From the IMG/VR virus record IMGVR_UViG_2874951433_000005: a stretch of 10,905 bases of DNA; one strand, 5' to 3'. The notes beneath the pieces were generated by a model that ran no database searches, was not told where the DNA came from, and saw nothing but the letters and a program-made list of their open reading frames with translations. The position numbers and the translations under genes were made by a program. Shown one piece after another: positions 7,466 through 10,905 of the stretch; position 1 is the first letter of the stretch; every line of letters starts with the position of its first letter. The stretch is from a virus. Taxonomy: Duplodnaviria > Heunggongvirae > Uroviricota > Caudoviricetes.

Positions 7466-7542
7466 GCGTTGTTAGCTCAGCCGGACAGAGCAATTGCCTT
7501 CTAAGCAATCGGTCACTGGTTCGAATCCAGTACAGCGCGCCA
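7466..7542 (+). tRNA. tRNA-Arg (anticodon UCU, reads AGA/AGG), argN/argO/argU-like
   Basis: Hand-folded: acceptor GCGTTGT/ACAGCGC, D-arm GCTC...GAGC, anticodon stem ATTGC/GCAAT with loop CTTCTAA, T-arm ACTGGTTCGAATCCAGT, GCCA 3' end. Confidence 0.9.
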
Positions 7543-7652
7543 TATTCATTCTTCCAGATTCCTTCCGGCAGAGCCTTATACTGAAATATACCTGGCTCAG
7601 GATATTGTTGAAAATATTATATATTTGTCAAAAATAAAAGTTCTGTTAAGTA

Positions 7653-8006
7653 TTGATTGAGTATTTGTTATACGGTCTAATGGTTTTTTCAGCATTAAGT
7701 ATTTATCATTCATATGGTGTGGGTAGAGTGAATATTGATGAGGTGTCGGGGTGTTTCATCCTTAGGCAGCGTATTGATATAGTCAATGCAGCACGAGCAA
7801 AGGCCTTCAGCCGTTTGACAGTTTTGTTCTGTACTCCTGATCGTCTTTCGGGAAGAGACGTTATTATTCTGAATAGTGATGCTATACAGAGGGTTTGCGA
7901 TGAGTTCATGGTTGCTAATTCAGAATTATTTGCTCTTGTTCAGGAGTACAACAGAATAGCCAGGACCTGTGGTATGGATGAACTTCGGATTACTCATCTG
8001 GGGTAG
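7653..8006 (+). CDS. Hypothetical protein in the AT-rich cargo region (117 aa from TTG, 108 aa from the first ATG at 7680)
   Basis: Open frame in low-GC DNA with many rare codons (AGG, AGA, ATA, CGA, GGA) and no convincing ribosome-binding site. Unrecognised. Confidence 0.3.
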   Translation: MIEYLLYGLMVFSALSIYHSYGVGRVNIDEVSGCFILRQRIDIVNAARAKAFSRLTVLFCTPDRLSGRDVIILNSDAIQRVCDEFMVANSELFALVQEYNRIARTCGMDELRITHLG

Positions 8007-8398
8007 ATACATATCTGGATTATCACCTGTTACGGTAAAAAGTGATTGCTTACTGTTTTTGTTAATGGCATTGCAGCAGCCGGATAATGTCAGTGCCGGC
8101 TGACGGTGTGCTGGTGGCGGGTGTGGTGGTTGTTGCTTTCCCGTTGCTGAAAAAGAAAACGCCAGACTGTTAGCCGGGTATCAGTTAGCGGGAGAAATTT
8201 TTAAATACTTCACAATTCAGGCGGTTGACTGTTGTCTGGTTTGCGGGGAGTTTGTTAAAAGAAACTGGCATGGTGAATCCCCCTGTGCGGAGGGGCAATC
8301 AGCGAGTAGGTATATGGGATAATCGCGGATTCAGGTGCTGGTACTGAATTCACCGGGATGCACCCGGCACCATGGAATGGCACATAGCGCCACTCTCC

Positions 8399-8425
8399 AG
8401 CCCCTCTCCGGAGGGGCTGTTTATA
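8399..8425 (+). terminator. Perfect 20-bp palindrome AGCCCCTCTCCGGAGGGGCT followed by a T-rich tract; candidate intrinsic terminator
   Basis: 8399-8418 is its own reverse complement, followed by GTTTATATTGATTTTGT. Confidence 0.5.
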
Positions 8426-8453
8426 TTGATTTTGTCAGATGTGAGTAAACTCC

Positions 8454-8789
8454 TTATGGACTTTGTTGTTTTAGTCCATAAGGACATATTTGCAGAGTGC
8501 AACGGTTATTAAAGCATTCATTCAATACGTTATCTGTATTTGTAGGGCATTCCTGGCTGTTTTTGATTAAATTCCAGAATGTTTTATTGAATGGTACTAC
8601 GTTGTAAATGGTTACAGGTAGCACTTTGTTATTGAGCATGATGCCTGTGTGAGTCAGTGTAAATATACTTTCAGGAGGTAAGAAAGCATCCGATTGATAC
8701 CAGATTATTAATTTTATTTTACTCCATATGACTGAAAAAGATATTCCGCATGATGGCTGGATAACTGTATCAATCACAATCCACTTCAT
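8454..8789 (-). CDS. Hypothetical protein in the AT-rich cargo region (111 aa), transcribed against the phage late operon
   Basis: ATG at 8787-8789 on the minus strand, preceded by AAGGAAA. Six Cys, Trp-rich, low GC. Unrecognised. Confidence 0.4.
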   Translation of the reverse strand: MKWIVIDTVIQPSCGISFSVIWSKIKLIIWYQSDAFLPPESIFTLTHTGIMLNNKVLPVTIYNVVPFNKTFWNLIKNSQECPTNTDNVLNECFNNRCTLQICPYGLKQQSP

Positions 8790-9048
8790 TTAGTTTCCTT
8801 GTTTATGCCTTGCTGGTGATGTTCTGAAAAGTATAAATGATATTTTTGAATTAAACCATAGAGCAGAATTATTTTTCTGATGTTGTTTATTGTTTATTTA
8901 AATGCAGGGTGGTTTATATCTCGTCTTGTAGTTTATCCATGCATATCTGCTTGATAATCAGGTTTTTATTTAAGGTATGGTTTTGTGTTTTTTCTGTATT
9001 ACATGTCAGGTATTTTAAAGAATTATTTTTCAGATGGTGGAAAGAACC

Positions 9049-9237
9049 ATGGCATTTAAACACTATGATGTTGTCAGGGCGGCGCCGCCGTCAGATCTTG
9101 CGGAAAAGCTGACACATAAACTGAAAGAGGGCTGGCAGCCGTTTGGTAGTCCGGTGGCCATAACCCCTTATACCCTGATGCAGGCGATTGCAGCAGAAGG
9201 TGATGTGGTGGTCAGTGGTGCAACTGAGCCGGAGTGA
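9049..9237 (+). CDS. Small prophage protein (62 aa from the ATG at 9049), of a type found upstream of lysis genes in lambdoid prophages (DUF1737-like, by recollection)
   Basis: MAFKHYDVVRAAPPSDLAEKLTHKLKEGWQPFG... with a GGTGGAAAGA ribosome-binding site. The ORF track starts it 5 codons earlier, at 9034. Confidence 0.55.
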   Translation: MAFKHYDVVRAAPPSDLAEKLTHKLKEGWQPFGSPVAITPYTLMQAIAAEGDVVVSGATEPE

Positions 9238-9398
9238 TACTACGTCATCGTACTGGCCCGGCATTCCAGGCCATAAAAGACAGTCTGGCAGTGGGACTAA
9301 ATGCACTGACGCTGACGGATATTACCAAAAATGCAACGTATGGCGTTGAGATAGAAAGTCTGGTGCTGGAGATAAATGCACCGGCATCATCATAAAAA
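9234..9398 (+). CDS. Small ORF (55 codons, GTG start) overlapping the upstream stop in a GTGA junction
   Basis: GTG at 9234-9236 overlaps the TGA at 9235-9237. Translation: ...[44 protein letters not shown]. There is no ATG and no independent ribosome-binding site. Confidence 0.35.
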
Positions 9399-9479
9399 GT
9401 GAGCCAGTCAAATGGAAGGTATCGTTAAACTCACCGGTAGTGTCAGTGGGTCGTCTGAGACGCTTGCATGAGTTATCAG

Positions 9480-9510
9480 AGCCATCAGTAGTTAACTGGT
9501 GGCTTTTTTA
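9480..9510 (+). terminator. Intrinsic terminator immediately upstream of the holin gene
   Basis: 9-bp stem AGCCATCAG / CTGGTGGCT (one G-U pair) with loop TAGTTAA, followed by TTTTTTATT. Confidence 0.55.
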
Positions 9511-9544
9511 TTGTTGTCAGCTTCCGGATAACGGGAGACGGGGT

Positions 9545-9724
9545 ATGGACCAGATGGAAAAAATCACAACAGGTGTGTCATACACCACGTCAGCGGTGGG
9601 AACGGGCTACTGGTTCCTGCAGTTGCTGGACAGGGTTTCCCCGTCTCAGTGGGCGGCAATAGGCGTGCTGGGAAGTCTGCTGTTTGGGCTGCTGACATAT
9701 CTGACTGAGGTGTACTGGCAATAG
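9545..9724 (+). pseudogene. S21-type pinholin/antiholin gene (dual start M-D-Q-M), 3'-truncated by the IS600-like copy 2 insertion at 9705/9706
   Basis: [53 protein letters not shown] resembles the phage 21 S holin from memory. After ...LTYLT the frame runs into the IS and ends as TEVYWQ-stop, so the charged C-terminal tail is lost. Confidence 0.8.
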
Positions 9725-9748
9725 CGGACACTACCATTTGTTCTTTTT

Positions 9749-10567
9749 TTAAGCAGCTATCTGATGATATTTTTCCCTGAAGGCTGCCGGGGAGATATTC
9801 CCCAGACGAGAGTGACGACGCTGACGATTGTAGAAAATCTCAATGTATTCCCGTATTACTGAGATGGCTTCATCCCGGTTATTAAAACGATAGTGGCTCA
9901 GGCTCTCATTTTTCAGCGTTCCCCAGAAGCTTTCCATCGGAGCGTTGTCGTAACAGTTACCTTTACGCGACATTGATGTTTTCAGACCAGACTGCTCCTG
10001 TATGACCCGGTAATCGTATGCGCAGTACTGTGAACCTCGATCAGAGTGGTGGATTAGCCCGGCAGGTGGGCGCTGGCTCCTGAGCGCCATAAACAGGGCT
10101 TTACCTGTCAGCTCTTTTGTCATGCGCTCTCCCATGGCGTAGCCGACAATTTCGCACGTATAAACATCTTTGATGCCAGCGAGGTACAACCATCCCTCCT
10201 GTGTGGCAACATACGTCAGGTCCGCCACCCAGACCTGATTTGGTGCTGTAGGAGCGAACGTCTGGTTCAGCAGATTTGGCGCAACTGGCAGATTGTGGTT
10301 CGGGTTCGTAGTCGCTCTGAACTTGCGTTTCTGCTTACAGCGTAGCCTCAGCTCCTTACGAAGACGTGCCAGTCGGTCACGACCAACGATGATGCCATTC
10401 TCTGCCAGCTCCGTCTGGAGCCGCCGGGTTCCATATGTTTCGCGAGTGCGGATATGTGCCACCTTAATCTCCGGTTTTAGCCACTCATCACTTTGTTTTC
10501 TGTCTGAGGGTTCATGCTGTACCCAGTTGTAATAACCGCTCCTGGATACACCAAATACCTGACACAT
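9749..10567 (-). CDS. IS600-like transposase OrfB (272 aa from an internal ATG; normally made as an OrfAB fusion)
   Basis: DDE-type integrase core. Differs from copy 1 at one residue (W versus R in ...SDEWLKPEIK). Confidence 0.9.
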   Translation of the reverse strand: MCQVFGVSRSGYYNWVQHEPSDRKQSDEWLKPEIKVAHIRTRETYGTRRLQTELAENGIIVGRDRLARLRKELRLRCKQKRKFRATTNPNHNLPVAPNLLNQTFAPTAPNQVWVADLTYVATQEGWLYLAGIKDVYTCEIVGYAMGERMTKELTGKALFMALRSQRPPAGLIHHSDRGSQYCAYDYRVIQEQSGLKTSMSRKGNCYDNAPMESFWGTLKNESLSHYRFNNRDEAISVIREYIEIFYNRQRRHSRLGNISPAAFREKYHQIAA

Positions 10568-10602
10568 CGCTTCAATGGGAAATTGTTGTCGCCATTGTTC
10601 GA

Positions 10603-10905
10603 TTAACGCGTATTTTTCAGCGACTCCTGTGCAAAATACGCTGTTGCTTTTTTTAATATATCTCGCTCAAGGCGAGCTTCATTTAACGCCTTACGCAGTT
10701 GCAGAATTTCAGATTCCAGTTCAGCCACCGTGCGGGAACCAGGAGTACCGAGCCCTTTTCTGGCGGCGGTAACCCATTGTCCTAAAGTGCCTTCAGGAAG
10801 GAATAATCGGGAAGCGTCTTCACTGATCGAAAGTTGATTTTCAAGAACCGTTCTGACAGCTTCGGCTTTGAACTCTTTAGAGTAACGTCGGGTTTTTCTG
10901 CTCAT
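10603..10905 (-). CDS. IS600-like transposase OrfA (100 aa) with an intact frameshift window
   Basis: Ends ...DILKKATAYFAQESLKNTR. The minus-strand A-AAA-AAG motif lies at about 10647-10655. Three substitutions relative to copy 1 (Q6R, G30D, S35F). Confidence 0.9.
   Translation of the reverse strand: MSRKTRRYSKEFKAEAVRTVLENQLSISEDASRLFLPEGTLGQWVTAARKGLGTPGSRTVAELESEILQLRKALNEARLERDILKKATAYFAQESLKNTR

Larger units (their letters stand above)
9706..10905 (-). mobile_element. IS600-like insertion sequence, copy 2, inverted relative to copy 1; runs off the window about 64 bp before its left end
   Basis: The right-end sequence at 9706-9752 is identical to copy 1 at 2991-3037 on the other strand. 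OrfA and OrfB are in the canonical -1 arrangement. The window ends exactly at the OrfA ATG. Confidence 0.9.

Noticed and set aside
7706-7909. 67-aa minus-strand ORF inside the 7653-8006 ORF
   Set aside because: Antisense overlap in AT-rich DNA with no ribosome-binding site.
7550-9030. Shiga toxin genes stxA/stxB at the expected position downstream of the phage tRNAs
   Set aside because: No ORF of suitable size or composition. The translations show no similarity to the StxA N-terminus or to StxB.
8909-9112. 67-aa plus-strand ORF in AT-rich DNA
   Set aside because: Phe/Leu/Ile-rich translation typical of random AT-rich sequence; it overlaps the better-supported 9049 start in another frame.
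9091-9306. 71-aa minus-strand ORF
   Set aside because: Antisense to the two small plus-strand ORFs.
9440-9544. Upstream extension of the holin ORF to the ATG at 9440
   Set aside because: The extension runs through the terminator hairpin at 9480-9510 and has no ribosome-binding site. The M-D-Q-M dual start at 9545 matches the holin family.
10575-10772. 65-aa plus-strand ORF
   Set aside because: Antisense to IS600 copy 2 OrfA.
1-10905. CRISPR arrays, rRNA genes, integrase or attachment sites
   Set aside because: No regularly spaced direct repeats, no rRNA-like sequence and no tyrosine-recombinase ORF were seen. The tRNAs are phage-internal and not flanked by recognisable attachment-site repeats.

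Overview
This window reads as a decayed lambdoid (Qin-like) prophage remnant in an Escherichia/Shigella-type chromosome, heavily invaded by IS3-family insertion sequences. From left to right: the end of an IS629-like element (OrfA only, 1-381); an unclassified 224-aa double-HTH transposase-like gene; a strongly codon-optimised ORF fragment cut off by an IS600-like element; IS600-like copy 1 (1784-3037), which has a 10-bp deletion at its frameshift site; then a 6.7-kb prophage segment carrying relB-relE-hokD, rem, a YdfU-like gene split by a frameshift, rusA, a Q-like antiterminator interrupted by one in-frame TAG, a pR'/tR'-like late control region, tRNA-Ile2(CAU) and tRNA-Arg(UCU), an AT-rich cargo region with orphan ORFs and GC hairpins, two small coupled ORFs, and an S21-type holin truncated by inverted IS600-like copy 2 (9706 to window end). 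No stx, CRISPR or rRNA is present. The most interesting spot is the AT-rich cargo slot (7550-9030), which sits where Stx phages carry their toxin, but nothing in it is recognisable. All family assignments are from reading the translations and from memory of these families; no database search was run.
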